Below are positions 1 through 8,493 of a stretch of DNA of 32,000 nt, in pieces. The stretch is from the NCBI RefSeq assembly GCF_000023205.1, contig NC_012803.1:2469098-2501097 (forward strand), written 5' to 3'. Source of the stretch: Micrococcus luteus NCTC 2665. Its GTDB lineage: Bacteria; Actinomycetota; Actinomycetes; Actinomycetales; Micrococcaceae. The notes beneath the pieces are model-generated. The model ran no database searches. It saw only the letters and a program-made list of their open reading frames with translations, and was not told the origin of the DNA. A program made the position numbers and the translations under genes. The stretch's first letter is position 1. Each line of letters opens with the position of its first letter.

Positions 1-783
1 GCCGGCTCGGACCCGGCCTCCATGACGACGACGGCCCGCCAGGAGCCCGGCGGCGACTGGGTGCTCGACGGGGTCAAGCGGTGGATCGGGCTGGCCACCC
101 TGGCCGACGTCGCGATCATCTGGGCGCAGACCGGCGAGCCCGGCGACGGGCGCGGGGTGCGCGGCTTCGTGGTCCCCACGGACACTCCCGGATTCCGCGC
201 GGAGGCGATCACCCAGAAGCTGTCCATGCGCGCCTCGGTGCAGTGCGAGATCCACCTCGACGGCGTGCGCCTGCCCGCCTCCGCGATGCTGCCGGCCGAC
301 TCCGCCGTCGGGCTCAAGGGCCCCTTCCAGTGCCTCAACGAGGCCCGCTACGGGATCATCTGGGGTGCGATGGGTGCGGCCCGCGACTCCTTCGACGCCG
401 TCCTCGACTATGCGATGGAGCGGCAGCAGTTCGGGGTGCCGCTGGCCTCCCACCAGCTGACGCAGGCCAAGCTCGCGGACATGGCCGTGGCCATCGGCAA
501 GGGCTACCTGCTGGCGCACCAGATCGGCCGCGCCAAGGACGCCGGCCCGCTCACCCCCGCCATGATCTCGGCGGGCAAGCTGGACAACTGCCGCGTGGCC
601 ATCGGCATCGCCCGGGAGGCCCGCGAGATGCTCGGCGGCAACGGCATCACCCTGGAGCACTCGCCGCTGCGGCACGCGAACAACCTCGAGTCCGTGCGCA
701 CCTACGAGGGCACGGACGAGGTCCACCAGCTCACGCTCGGCCGGCACCTCACGGGCATCGGCGCGTTCGCCCCGGCCCGCTGA
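1..783 (+). CDS. acyl-CoA dehydrogenase, glutaryl-CoA dehydrogenase-like (5-prime partial, continues upstream of the window)
   Basis: Frame 1 is open from nt 1 and reads AGSDPASMTTTA, so the listed Met at 22 sits inside the conserved ACAD G-S-D region and is internal. The middle beta-domain and C-terminal helical domain follow (GPFQCLNEARYGIIWGAMGAA ... NLESVRTYEGTDEVHQLTLGRHLTGIGAF), resembling GCDH-type ACADs. TGA at 781-783. Confidence 0.85.
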   Translation, partial: AGSDPASMTTTARQEPGGDWVLDGVKRWIGLATLADVAIIWAQTGEPGDGRGVRGFVVPTDTPGFRAEAITQKLSMRASVQCEIHLDGVRLPASAMLPADSAVGLKGPFQCLNEARYGIIWGAMGAARDSFDAVLDYAMERQQFGVPLASHQLTQAKLADMAVAIGKGYLLAHQIGRAKDAGPLTPAMISAGKLDNCRVAIGIAREAREMLGGNGITLEHSPLRHANNLESVRTYEGTDEVHQLTLGRHLTGIGAFAPAR

Positions 784-798
784 GCCCCGCGCCCGGGC

Positions 799-2034
799 TC
801 AGGCGTCGTCGGCGGGCGCCTCGGGCGCCGGAGCCTCCTCGGCCACGGAGGCGAGGATCGGGGTGGCCGGCAGCTTCCGCACGCGCTTGGGGCGGCGGGC
901 GCGGGCGGGGATGAGGGCGCGCATGTTCTCGGTCTTGCCGAAGCAGAGCAGCCGGTCGCCCTCCTCGAGGACCTTGGTGTCCGCGGGGTTGGGGAACACG
1001 GAGGTGCCGCGGTGCAGGGTGAGCACCTGCAGGTCCTTCGCGAGCAGCCCGGAGTCCTCGATGGACTGGCCCACCCAGCCGGAGCCGGCGTGCACGGTGA
1101 TCTCACCGACCCCGTACCCGGTGGACACGGCCAGGCGCTGGCGCACGTCGATGTCGGGGAAGCCGGCCTGGTCCGCGACGTAGTCGATGATCGCGCCGGC
1201 CACGTCCAGGTCCGTGGCGGCCTCGATGCCCTGCAGCCCCGGGGAGGAGTTCACCTCCATGACCAGCGGGCCGTGCTCGCCCTCGAGCATGTCCACGCCC
1301 GCCACGCGCAGGCCCATGATGTGGGCCGCCCGCACGGCGGTCTCCGCGTACTCGGGCGAGAGCTCGACGCGCTCCACGGTGCCGCCGCGGTGCACGTTGG
1401 AGCGGAACTCGTCCCCCTGGGCCCGGCGGCGCATCGCGGCCACCACGCGGTCCCCCACCACGAGCGCGCGGATGTCCTTGCCCTTGGACTCCTCCACGAA
1501 CCGCTGGATGAGCACCTGCTGGTTGGTGCCGTGCAGCGTCTCGATGATCGCCTCGGCCACCTTCTTGGTCGGCGCCAGGATCACGCCGATGCCCTGGGTG
1601 CCCTCGAGCAGCTTGATCACCACGGGTGCCCCGCCCACCATGTCGATCGCCGTGGAGACCTCGCCGCGGTTGCGCACGAACACGGTGGCGGGCATGTCGA
1701 TCTCGTGGCGGGAGAGGATCTGTGTGGCCCGCAGCTTGTCCCGCGAGTTCATGATCCCGGCGGCCGTGTTGGGCGTGTAGACGTCCATCTGCTCGAACTG
1801 GCGCACCACGGCGGTGCCGAAGTAGGTCACCGAGTTGCCGATGCGCGGCAGCACGGCGTCGTAGCCGGAGAGGGGGCGGCCGCGGAACATCAGATCGGGC
1901 TCGTCCGAGCTGAGGTCGATGCCGAAGCGCAGGGTGTCCAGGACCTTCACCTGGTGGCCGCGCTCGAGCGCCGCGGTCTTCAGGCGCTGCGTCGAGTAGG
2001 CGCGCAGGGAACGGGAGAGGATGGCGAGCTTCAT
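799..2034 (-). CDS. rimK: RimK-family alpha-L-glutamate ligase (ATP-grasp) with a C-terminal RCK_C/TrkA_C-like domain
   Basis: Track ORF 799..2454 trimmed to the ATG at 2034 (MKLAILSRSLRAYSTQRL..., a canonical RimK N-terminus). ATP-grasp motifs are present (GAPVVIKLLEGTQGIGV, DIRALVVGDRVVAAMRRRA..EFRSNVHRGG, VAGVDMLE..GPLVMEVNSSPGL). About 110 extra C-terminal residues resemble RCK_C (GEITVHAGSGWVGQSIEDSGLL..LHRGTSVFPNPADTKVLEEGDRLLCFG). Confidence 0.85.
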   Translation of the reverse strand: MKLAILSRSLRAYSTQRLKTAALERGHQVKVLDTLRFGIDLSSDEPDLMFRGRPLSGYDAVLPRIGNSVTYFGTAVVRQFEQMDVYTPNTAAGIMNSRDKLRATQILSRHEIDMPATVFVRNRGEVSTAIDMVGGAPVVIKLLEGTQGIGVILAPTKKVAEAIIETLHGTNQQVLIQRFVEESKGKDIRALVVGDRVVAAMRRRAQGDEFRSNVHRGGTVERVELSPEYAETAVRAAHIMGLRVAGVDMLEGEHGPLVMEVNSSPGLQGIEAATDLDVAGAIIDYVADQAGFPDIDVRQRLAVSTGYGVGEITVHAGSGWVGQSIEDSGLLAKDLQVLTLHRGTSVFPNPADTKVLEEGDRLLCFGKTENMRALIPARARRPKRVRKLPATPILASVAEEAPAPEAPADDA

Positions 2035-2052
2035 GACCGCTTTCCTGGGAGG

Positions 2053-2592
2053 ATGAGGGGCGTGTCTGCATCTAAGCACACGGCCCCGGCCCCCCACGGC
2101 GTGCCCCCCACCGACGACGGCGCCGCTCGCCCGGGGCTGGTGGGCTGGCGCGAATGGGTCGGCCTGCCCGCCGCCCACACCCCATGGATCAAGGCCAAGA
2201 TCGACACCGGCGCCCGCACCTCGGCGCTCCACGCCTTCGGCATCGAGCGGTTCACCCGCGACGGCGCCGCGTGGGCGCGGTTCGAGGTGCACCCGTGGCA
2301 GACCTCGGCCGCGGACGCGCGGACGGCCGAGCTGCCGGTGGCCGACCTGCGCACGGTCCGCTCCTCGAACGGCACGGCGCAGGAGCGCGTCGTCGTCGTG
2401 ATGCCGCTGACCCTGGCCGGCCGCACGATCGAGGCGGAGGTGACCCTGACCCACCGGGACGAGATGGGCTTCCGCATGCTCGTGGGCCGCACCGCGCTGG
2501 CCGCCGGCGGCCTCCTCGTGGACCCCGCCGCCTCGTACGTGGGCGGGCAGCCGCCGCGCGGCGTGCGCCGCCGGAACCGGGGACGCGCGTGA
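2053..2592 (+). CDS. RimK-associated retropepsin-like aspartic peptidase (PF05618 family, often annotated 'ATP-dependent zinc protease')
   Basis: In-frame tail of track ORF 1012..2592. ATG at 2053 lies only 18 nt from the divergent rimK start; downstream GTG starts are not excluded. Contains WIKAKIDTGARTSALHA (D-T-G-A aspartic protease signature) and GFRMLVGRTAL. Confidence 0.75.
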   Translation: MRGVSASKHTAPAPHGVPPTDDGAARPGLVGWREWVGLPAAHTPWIKAKIDTGARTSALHAFGIERFTRDGAAWARFEVHPWQTSAADARTAELPVADLRTVRSSNGTAQERVVVVMPLTLAGRTIEAEVTLTHRDEMGFRMLVGRTALAAGGLLVDPAASYVGGQPPRGVRRRNRGRA

Positions 2593-3704
2593 GCCCTCGC
2601 CCCGCCCGCGCCCCCTTCGCGTTCGGCGGGGTCGAGGTGGCGGCCGGCCGCCGCCACGAGCTGTCCCTGCCGATCTCCCAGCTCGTCACCGGCGCGGACG
2701 TCACCCTGCCCGTGCACGTGCTGCACGGCCGCGAGGACGGGCCCACCGTGTGGGTCTCCGCCGCGATCCACGGGGACGAGGTGGCCGGCGTCGAGATCAT
2801 CCGCCGCGTCCTGGAACGCCTGCAGCCCACGCAGCTGCGCGGCACCCTGCTGGCCGTGCCCATCGTCAACGTGCTCGGCGTGATGGCCGGGGACCGCTAC
2901 CTGCCGGACCGCCGCGACCTGAACCGCTCCTTCCCCGGCTCCGCCCGGGGCTCGCTGGCCTCGCGCATCGCACACCTGATGATGACCGAGGTGATCGGCC
3001 GCTGCACCGTGGGCATCGACCTGCACACCGGCGCGGACCGCCGCTCCAACCTGCCGCAGATCCGGTGCGACCTGGAGGACCCCCAGACCCGCGCGCTCGC
3101 CGAGGCGTTCGGTGCCCCCGTGCTCTTCCACGCCCGCCTGCGGGACGGCTCCCTGCGCGCCGCGGCCCGCGAGACCGGCGCCCGCGTGCTGCTCTACGAG
3201 GCCGGCGAGGCCTGGCGGTTCGACGAGTACGCGATCGCCCCCGGCGTGGACGGGGTCCTGCGCGTGCTCGCCGCCCTGGACATGGTGGACCCCGCGGACG
3301 TCGGGCTCACCGAGCCCGGGCCGGACGCCGTCGTCGACGCCCCCGGGCCGCTGCCCGGCGAGGTCCCCGAGGAGCGGACCACGGACGTGCCCGAGGCGAC
3401 CGACGCCACCGGCGAGGACACCGCCGCCGTGCACCCCGACGTCGTCGACGGCGAGCAGGACGCCCCGTACCTGGTGTGGCAGTCCACGTGGGTGCGCGCC
3501 CGCGCGGACGGCCTCGTGCACCTGCACGTCTCCCTCGGCGAACGCGTGAGCGCCGGGGACCGGATCGGCGCGCTCTACAACTCGTTCGGCCGCCGCCTCG
3601 CGCACGTGAAGGCCGAGCTGACCGGCGTGGTCATCGGCCGCACCGAGGCACCCCTGGTGCACCGCGGCGACGCCCTCGTGCATATCGGAGGATGGGACGC
3701 ATGA
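2589..3704 (+). CDS. succinylglutamate desuccinylase/aspartoacylase (AstE/AspA, M14-like zinc carboxypeptidase) family protein
   Basis: GTG at 2589 overlaps the upstream stop (GTGA), suggesting translational coupling. Motifs AIHGDEVAG (HxxE zinc site), DLNRSFPG and GIDLHTG are typical of the family. There is an acidic low-complexity insertion (PGEVPEERTTDVPEATDATGEDTAAVHPDVVDGEQD) before the C-terminal beta domain. Confidence 0.75.
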   Translation: MSPRPARAPFAFGGVEVAAGRRHELSLPISQLVTGADVTLPVHVLHGREDGPTVWVSAAIHGDEVAGVEIIRRVLERLQPTQLRGTLLAVPIVNVLGVMAGDRYLPDRRDLNRSFPGSARGSLASRIAHLMMTEVIGRCTVGIDLHTGADRRSNLPQIRCDLEDPQTRALAEAFGAPVLFHARLRDGSLRAAARETGARVLLYEAGEAWRFDEYAIAPGVDGVLRVLAALDMVDPADVGLTEPGPDAVVDAPGPLPGEVPEERTTDVPEATDATGEDTAAVHPDVVDGEQDAPYLVWQSTWVRARADGLVHLHVSLGERVSAGDRIGALYNSFGRRLAHVKAELTGVVIGRTEAPLVHRGDALVHIGGWDA

Positions 3705-3744
3705 GCGGCCGCGGGGCGCCGTCCGCGCGCCGGAGCCGCCCCGC

Positions 3745-4977
3745 TCAGGCCGGGGACGGGCGCCGGGCGATGGCCCGGCCGCCGTGCACGAGCCGGTAGT
3801 AGAGCAGCAGCGCCACCCCGACCCCGCCGGAGAGCAGGTACATCACCGGGATCCCGACGGCGGCCGCCACCGCGCCGAGCACCATGGGGCCGAGGCCGGT
3901 GCCGAGGTCCAGGAGCAGGAAGAACGTGCCCGTGGCGACGCCGATCTCGGTGGGTCGGACCACCTTGATCGCGATGGTCTGGAACACGCTCACCACCGGC
4001 CCGTAGGTCAGCCCCAGCAGGGCGCCGGCCACGAGCATGCCCGCCGGCTCCCGCCACAGCGCCAGCACCGCGTAGGAGACAGCCATCCCCGCGAGGATCG
4101 GGTAGACGACGGCATTGTCCCCGTGCCGGTCGTGCAGCACGCCCAGGACGGTGCGGCCCACGATGGTGCCCACGGCGAAGAGCAGGAAGAACAGGCTCGG
4201 CACCGTCGCCGGGTAGCCCTGCTGCTGCGCGAACGTGGCCATGAACGCGAGGATGCCGCCGTACATGAACCCGGAGGCCAGGGCCACGCCCGCCGCCGGC
4301 GCCACCTCCGCGGAGAACACGTCCGCCCGGTGCAGCCGGAACCGGCCCGTCAGCGGCGGCTCGGGCACGCGCAGGAACAGGGCGATCAGCAGGGCCATGC
4401 CCGTGAAGCCGATGCACGCCCGGAACAGGGCGTCGTAGCCGAGGGCCGTGCTCAGCTGCAGCGCCACCATCGGCCCGACGGCGCCCGCGATCGTCATGGA
4501 CGTCGAGAACCAGCCGGTGCCCTCGGAGCGGCGCACCGGCGGGACGATCCGCTGCACGGCCGTGGCCAGCACGGTGCCGGCCGCACCGAAGCACATGCCG
4601 TTGAGCAGCCGCACCGCGGTCAACGTGGCCAGGGAGTCCGCCCAGAGGTACGCCGCCGTCGTGAGGACGTAGCAGGCCAAGGCGACGAGCAGGACCCGCC
4701 GCCGCCCCCACGCGAAGGTGGCGGGCGTCGTCGTCATGCGGGTGAGGACCGCGCCCAGCACGAACGCCCCCACCACGACGCCGGCCTCCGCGTCCGACGC
4801 GCCGAAGGACGTGACGGCGTAGAGCGCCATCGCGGTCATGAGCGTGTAGAAGATCATCGCCACGAACAGGTAGGTCGCGCTGACGAGGATGAACGGGCGC
4901 GTCCACAGCGGCGGGCGCGGGGCCGCCGTCGAGCCGGCGGGGTCGGAGGGCGGTGGGGCGGAGGGCATGGCCTCCAT
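3745..4977 (-). CDS. MFS transporter
   Basis: Track ORF 3745..5535 trimmed to the ATG at 4977 (MEAMPSAPPP..; ATG at 4968 also possible). About 12 hydrophobic helices with MFS-type loops (LLNGMCFGAAG, PPVRRSEGTGWF). The upstream part of the long ORF is lower-GC and not transporter-like. Confidence 0.8.
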   Translation of the reverse strand: MEAMPSAPPPSDPAGSTAAPRPPLWTRPFILVSATYLFVAMIFYTLMTAMALYAVTSFGASDAEAGVVVGAFVLGAVLTRMTTTPATFAWGRRRVLLVALACYVLTTAAYLWADSLATLTAVRLLNGMCFGAAGTVLATAVQRIVPPVRRSEGTGWFSTSMTIAGAVGPMVALQLSTALGYDALFRACIGFTGMALLIALFLRVPEPPLTGRFRLHRADVFSAEVAPAAGVALASGFMYGGILAFMATFAQQQGYPATVPSLFFLLFAVGTIVGRTVLGVLHDRHGDNAVVYPILAGMAVSYAVLALWREPAGMLVAGALLGLTYGPVVSVFQTIAIKVVRPTEIGVATGTFFLLLDLGTGLGPMVLGAVAAAVGIPVMYLLSGGVGVALLLYYRLVHGGRAIARRPSPA

Positions 4978-5103
4978 GTTCCCCCACAGCACGAGGCCCC
5001 GAAGAGAATCCGGCCTGAGGTTCGCGCAGGGGACCACCAGATCACTGATCGCCTCATGCTCCGGATCGGATGGGATGATGTGCAGACGGAATGAGGAGGG
5101 TAT

Positions 5104-5979
5104 GTGCGAGTCTACTACTTCGACGACTCCGGCGACCGCAGTGGGGATCCCACGAAGCCCTACTTCGCGCTCGGAGGGTTCGGCATCGAGGCTGCCCGGG
5201 TCCCGGAGCTGGGCAGCAAGATCCGCGCCGTGGCGGAGCGTTACGGCATGCCGCTGGGGCATCCCGTCGAGTTGAAGTTCAATCAGGTCGGGCGAAGCAA
5301 GGACAACAAGCCGCGCAAGCCGCATTGGATGATCCGCGCTGGGCTGACGGACCCGAATGAACGTCGCGCGTTCGTGTACTCGGCACTGCGTGAGGCAGCT
5401 CAAGTGCCCTCCGTCGAATTCCTGTGCGTTGTCGTAGACCAGAGGCAATTGCGCGAGGAGGCTCACCCACTCAAGGAGGCCCTCACCCCCCTCCTCGAGC
5501 GCATTCAAATGAACGCAAAGAAGCACGCGACGCATGCGTTGGTCCTCATGGACGAGGAACAGGCCGATGACAAGGCATTACGGGAGGTGATGCGGAATGG
5601 GTCCGAGTTCCTGAAATATGACCGGATCCTGGACACCATCGCCTTCATCCCATCCGAAGAGAGCATCGGAATTCAGGTCGCTGACTTGGCGGCGGGCGCG
5701 ATCTCCCGCTACTTCAACTCAAACGACCCCGGGTATGTCCGGACGTTCCTGCGCAGCACGGCCTGCTCTCCGTCCGGAGATCCCAATGGATATGGGGTCA
5801 AGGTTTATCCCTTCGGGCGTTTCGCCGGGCCCGCCCGGCGATCTGCCCCTTGGGGCAGCGTTGACCGCGAGATCCATCAGATCGAGTTTGCTCGGTATCC
5901 CGGAGCGACATTGGGGTGGCGAAATGACGGCGCGCCAACGTTCGTCTGGCGACACGACTGGGACAGCGGTCTCGACTGA
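5104..5979 (+). CDS. DUF3800 domain-containing protein
   Basis: GTG start at 5104 preceded by GAGGAGG (5092-5098). N-terminal VYYFDDSGD and C-terminal IGIQVADLAAGAI match the two signature motifs I remember for DUF3800 (D-x-S-G and Q-x-A-D). G+C is visibly lower (about 58% in line 5401-5460) than in neighbouring genes. Confidence 0.7.
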   Translation: MRVYYFDDSGDRSGDPTKPYFALGGFGIEAARVPELGSKIRAVAERYGMPLGHPVELKFNQVGRSKDNKPRKPHWMIRAGLTDPNERRAFVYSALREAAQVPSVEFLCVVVDQRQLREEAHPLKEALTPLLERIQMNAKKHATHALVLMDEEQADDKALREVMRNGSEFLKYDRILDTIAFIPSEESIGIQVADLAAGAISRYFNSNDPGYVRTFLRSTACSPSGDPNGYGVKVYPFGRFAGPARRSAPWGSVDREIHQIEFARYPGATLGWRNDGAPTFVWRHDWDSGLD

Positions 5980-6104
5980 ATCTGCGTGAAAAAGAAACCG
6001 GGGGCTCCCTATTGAGAGCCACGGGGCGTTGAGAACCCCTCCCGGTCGTCAGTTCAGTGTATAGGACACCGAACAGTTGGCACCACCCTATCGCGCCCTA
6101 CACA

Positions 6105-6148
6105 CGATGATGCCCCGCCGTTCGAGTGGAACGGGCGGGGCATCATCG
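6105..6148. terminator. bidirectional intrinsic-terminator-like hairpin between the DUF3800 gene (+) and rplI (-)
   Basis: Perfect 15-bp stem: CGATGATGCCCCGCC (6105-6119) pairs with GGCGGGGCATCATCG (6134-6148), 14-nt loop. It lies 40 nt downstream of the rplI stop. Confidence 0.6.
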
Positions 6149-6187
6149 GGCGGATGACGCGTACTCGACGCGTTCAGAAGCGGATGA

Positions 6188-6649
6188 TCACTTCTTGGCC
6201 TTGGCGGCCACGACCTGCAGCTGGACGGTCGCGATGACGTCCTCGTGCAGGCGGACCTGGGCCTCGTGGTTGCCCACGGACTTGATGTGGGCCGGCAGGG
6301 TGATCGAGCGCTTGTCCACGGAGCCGAGGCCGGCGGCCTCGATCGCCTCGGCGACGTCGGCGGTCTGGACGGCGCCGAACAGGCGGCCCTCCGCACCGGC
6401 GGTGCGCTCGAGCTGCACGGGAGCGGACTGGAGCTGCGCGGCCTGGGCCTGCGCGTCCTCCAGGTTCGCCACGGCGCGGGCCGCGCGGGCCTTCTGCAGG
6501 GACTCGACCTGCTTCTCCCCGCCCTTGGTCCACACGGTGGCGAAACCGCGCGGGAGCAGGTAGTTGCGGGCGTACCCGTTCTTGACCTCGACCACGTCAC
6601 CGGAGGTGCCGAGACCGGCCACTTCCTGGGTCAGGATGAGCTTTGCCAT
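6188..6649 (-). CDS. rplI: 50S ribosomal protein L9
   Basis: [37 protein letters not shown]... is a canonical L9 N-terminal domain. Last gene of the rpsF operon. Confidence 0.97.
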   Translation of the reverse strand: MAKLILTQEVAGLGTSGDVVEVKNGYARNYLLPRGFATVWTKGGEKQVESLQKARAARAVANLEDAQAQAAQLQSAPVQLERTAGAEGRLFGAVQTADVAEAIEAAGLGSVDKRSITLPAHIKSVGNHEAQVRLHEDVIATVQLQVVAAKAKK

Positions 6650-6677
6650 CTGGGTGTTCCTTCCTTCGCTCGCTCGA

Positions 6678-6917
6678 TCAGCCGCGGCCGGCGCCGGCGT
6701 AGGGCAGCAGGGCCACCTCGCGGGCGTTCTTGACGGCCTGGGCGATCTTGCGCTGCTCCTGGACGGTCACGCCGGTCACGCGACGGGCACGGATCTTCCC
6801 GCGGTCGGAGATGAACTTGCGCAGCAGGGCCACGTCCTTGTAGTCGATCTCGGTGATCTTGGCGGCCTTGAGCGGGTTGGACTTCGGTTTGGGCTTGCGG
6901 AGTTCAGCCTTCGCCAT
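6678..6917 (-). CDS. rpsR: 30S ribosomal protein S18
   Basis: ...[50 protein letters not shown] is a canonical S18 sequence. Confidence 0.97.
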   Translation of the reverse strand: MAKAELRKPKPKSNPLKAAKITEIDYKDVALLRKFISDRGKIRARRVTGVTVQEQRKIAQAVKNAREVALLPYAGAGRG

Positions 6918-7147
6918 CGTGGTGCTCCTTCAGAGTTCTCTGGAGCCCGCAGAACGGTTCTGCGGGATGGGATCACGCGGCGTCCCATGCGGGGCACGGG
7001 GCCGTGTGCGGTGCGGCCCGGCGGTGCCGGGTCGCGGGTGGGATGGGCCGCCGGGGCGGCCCTCCGGGCGACGTGCGCCCGGACGGAGAGGTCCGTGGTG
7101 TTCCGTGTCCGTCGCGGCCGTGGGGGCCGCGCCCGGTCAGTGCAGGA

Positions 7148-7750
7148 TCAGAACGGGGGCTCGTTGGAGGACGGGGTGTCCCATCCGCCGCCACCGCCGC
7201 CGCCGGACCAGGGGTCCTGCGGTGCGGCCTGGCCGCCGCCCTGCTGCTGGCCGCCCCAGCCGCCGCCCTGCTGGGCGCCGCCGAAGCCGCCGTCGTTGTT
7301 CCCCCCGGCGCCGCCGCCGGCCGGGGAGCCGCCGAAGCCGCCCCCCTGCTGGCCGCCGCCGAAGCCACCGCCGCCGCCACCGCCGCGCTGGGCGCGGGTG
7401 ACCTTGGCCGTGGCGAACCGCAGCGCCGGGCCGACCTCGTCCACGTCCAGCTCCCAGCTGGTGCGACGGTTGCCGTCCCGGTCGTCGTAGGAGCGCGCCC
7501 TGAGGCGGCCCTGCACGATCACGCGCATGCCCTTGGTCAGCGACTCCGCCACGTTCTCCGCGGCCTCGCGCCAGACCGAGCAGCGCAGGAACAGCGCTTC
7601 GCCGTCCTTCCACTCGTTGGTCTGACGGTCGAACGTGCGGGGCGTGGACGCGACGGTGAAGTTCGCGACGGCCGCGCCGTTCGGGGTGAAGCGCAGCTCC
7701 GGGTCGGCGGTGAGGTTGCCGACCACGGTGATGACGGTCTCGCCTGCCAT
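7148..7750 (-). CDS. ssb: single-stranded DNA-binding protein
   Basis: [38 protein letters not shown]... OB fold, a Gly/Gln-rich linker, and an acidic tip ending ...NEPPF. The ATG at 7750 has AGGAG 5 nt upstream; the track's GTG at 7756 is less likely. Confidence 0.95.
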   Translation of the reverse strand: MAGETVITVVGNLTADPELRFTPNGAAVANFTVASTPRTFDRQTNEWKDGEALFLRCSVWREAAENVAESLTKGMRVIVQGRLRARSYDDRDGNRRTSWELDVDEVGPALRFATAKVTRAQRGGGGGGGFGGGQQGGGFGGSPAGGGAGGNNDGGFGGAQQGGGWGGQQQGGGQAAPQDPWSGGGGGGGWDTPSSNEPPF

Positions 7751-7882
7751 GGTCACTCCTGTCTTCGGGGGTTCTGCCGGTCAGTGACCGGATCCGGGGA
7801 TCCGGGACTGCTCAGCGGGGTTCCGGTGGGGGCGTCGGGGACTGATCCGATGCTCTCAGACCCTCCGGACACGGTACGAGGA

Positions 7883-8188
7883 TCACTCAGCGGTGATCTT
7901 CTGCTCCTCCGGACGGATGATCTTGGTGCGCAGGATCGTCTCGTTGAGGTTCAGCAGACGGTCCAGCTCCTGGGTGGCGGCCGGCTCCGACTGGAAGTTG
8001 ACGACCACGTAGATGGCCTCGGACTTCTTCTGGATCTCGTAGGCGGTCTTGCGGCGACCCCACACGTCGATGTTGTCGACGGTGCCGCCGGCGTTCGTGA
8101 CGACCTCGAGGTACTTCTTCAGGGTCGGCTCCACGGTGCGCTCGTCGACCTCAGGGTCGATCAGCACCATCAGCTCATAAGCACGCAT
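7883..8188 (-). CDS. rpsF: 30S ribosomal protein S6
   Basis: [30 protein letters not shown]...[16 protein letters not shown] is canonical S6. ATG at 8188 with GGAGG 9 nt upstream. The C-terminus ends ...EEQKITAE (terminal Glu). Confidence 0.95.
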   Translation of the reverse strand: MRAYELMVLIDPEVDERTVEPTLKKYLEVVTNAGGTVDNIDVWGRRKTAYEIQKKSEAIYVVVNFQSEPAATQELDRLLNLNETILRTKIIRPEEQKITAE

Positions 8189-8430
8189 GCGAACCCACCT
8201 CCTCTGGGCTTGCGGCCGCGGTATCTCCGCGGCAGGAGGTTCTGTGCTCGTCGTCCGTGCGATGCTCCGCGCTCTTCGGCGGCACACAGACAACCTGATG
8301 AATCCTAGCAGTTCGACGAAGGGGCGCTGGCGCGGCGTCCACGTGCGCGGGCGCCTCCCGCGCCGACGCCTCCCGCGCGTCGAGCCCGCGAGCCAGATGA
8401 TTCAGTCGTTTTCCGGCCGCTTCTACGACC

Positions 8431-8478
8431 GAAATCTCTGGCTCGCGGCCATCCAGGAGCAGAAATCTCTGGCTCGCG
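8431..8478. repeat. 17-bp perfect direct repeat (GAAATCTCTGGCTCGCG x2, 31-bp period) in the apeB-rpsF intergenic region
   Basis: Copies at 8431-8447 and 8462-8478, 245-290 bp upstream of the rpsF start, in locally lower-GC DNA. Confidence 0.9.
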
Positions 8479-8493
8479 CCCCCACGCGCAGCC

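Noticed and set aside
22-24. Met22 as the start of the acyl-CoA dehydrogenase
   Set aside because: The frame is open back to nt 1, and the preceding residues (AGSDPAS) belong to a conserved internal ACAD motif. The gene is truncated by the window edge.
7777-7806. Overlapping short palindromes (CCGGTCAgTGACCGG, CCGGATCCGG, GGATCC x2) in the rpsF-ssb intercistronic region
   Set aside because: They are short and GC-rich and could be a trivial intercistronic hairpin. I could not attach a specific function or show significance.
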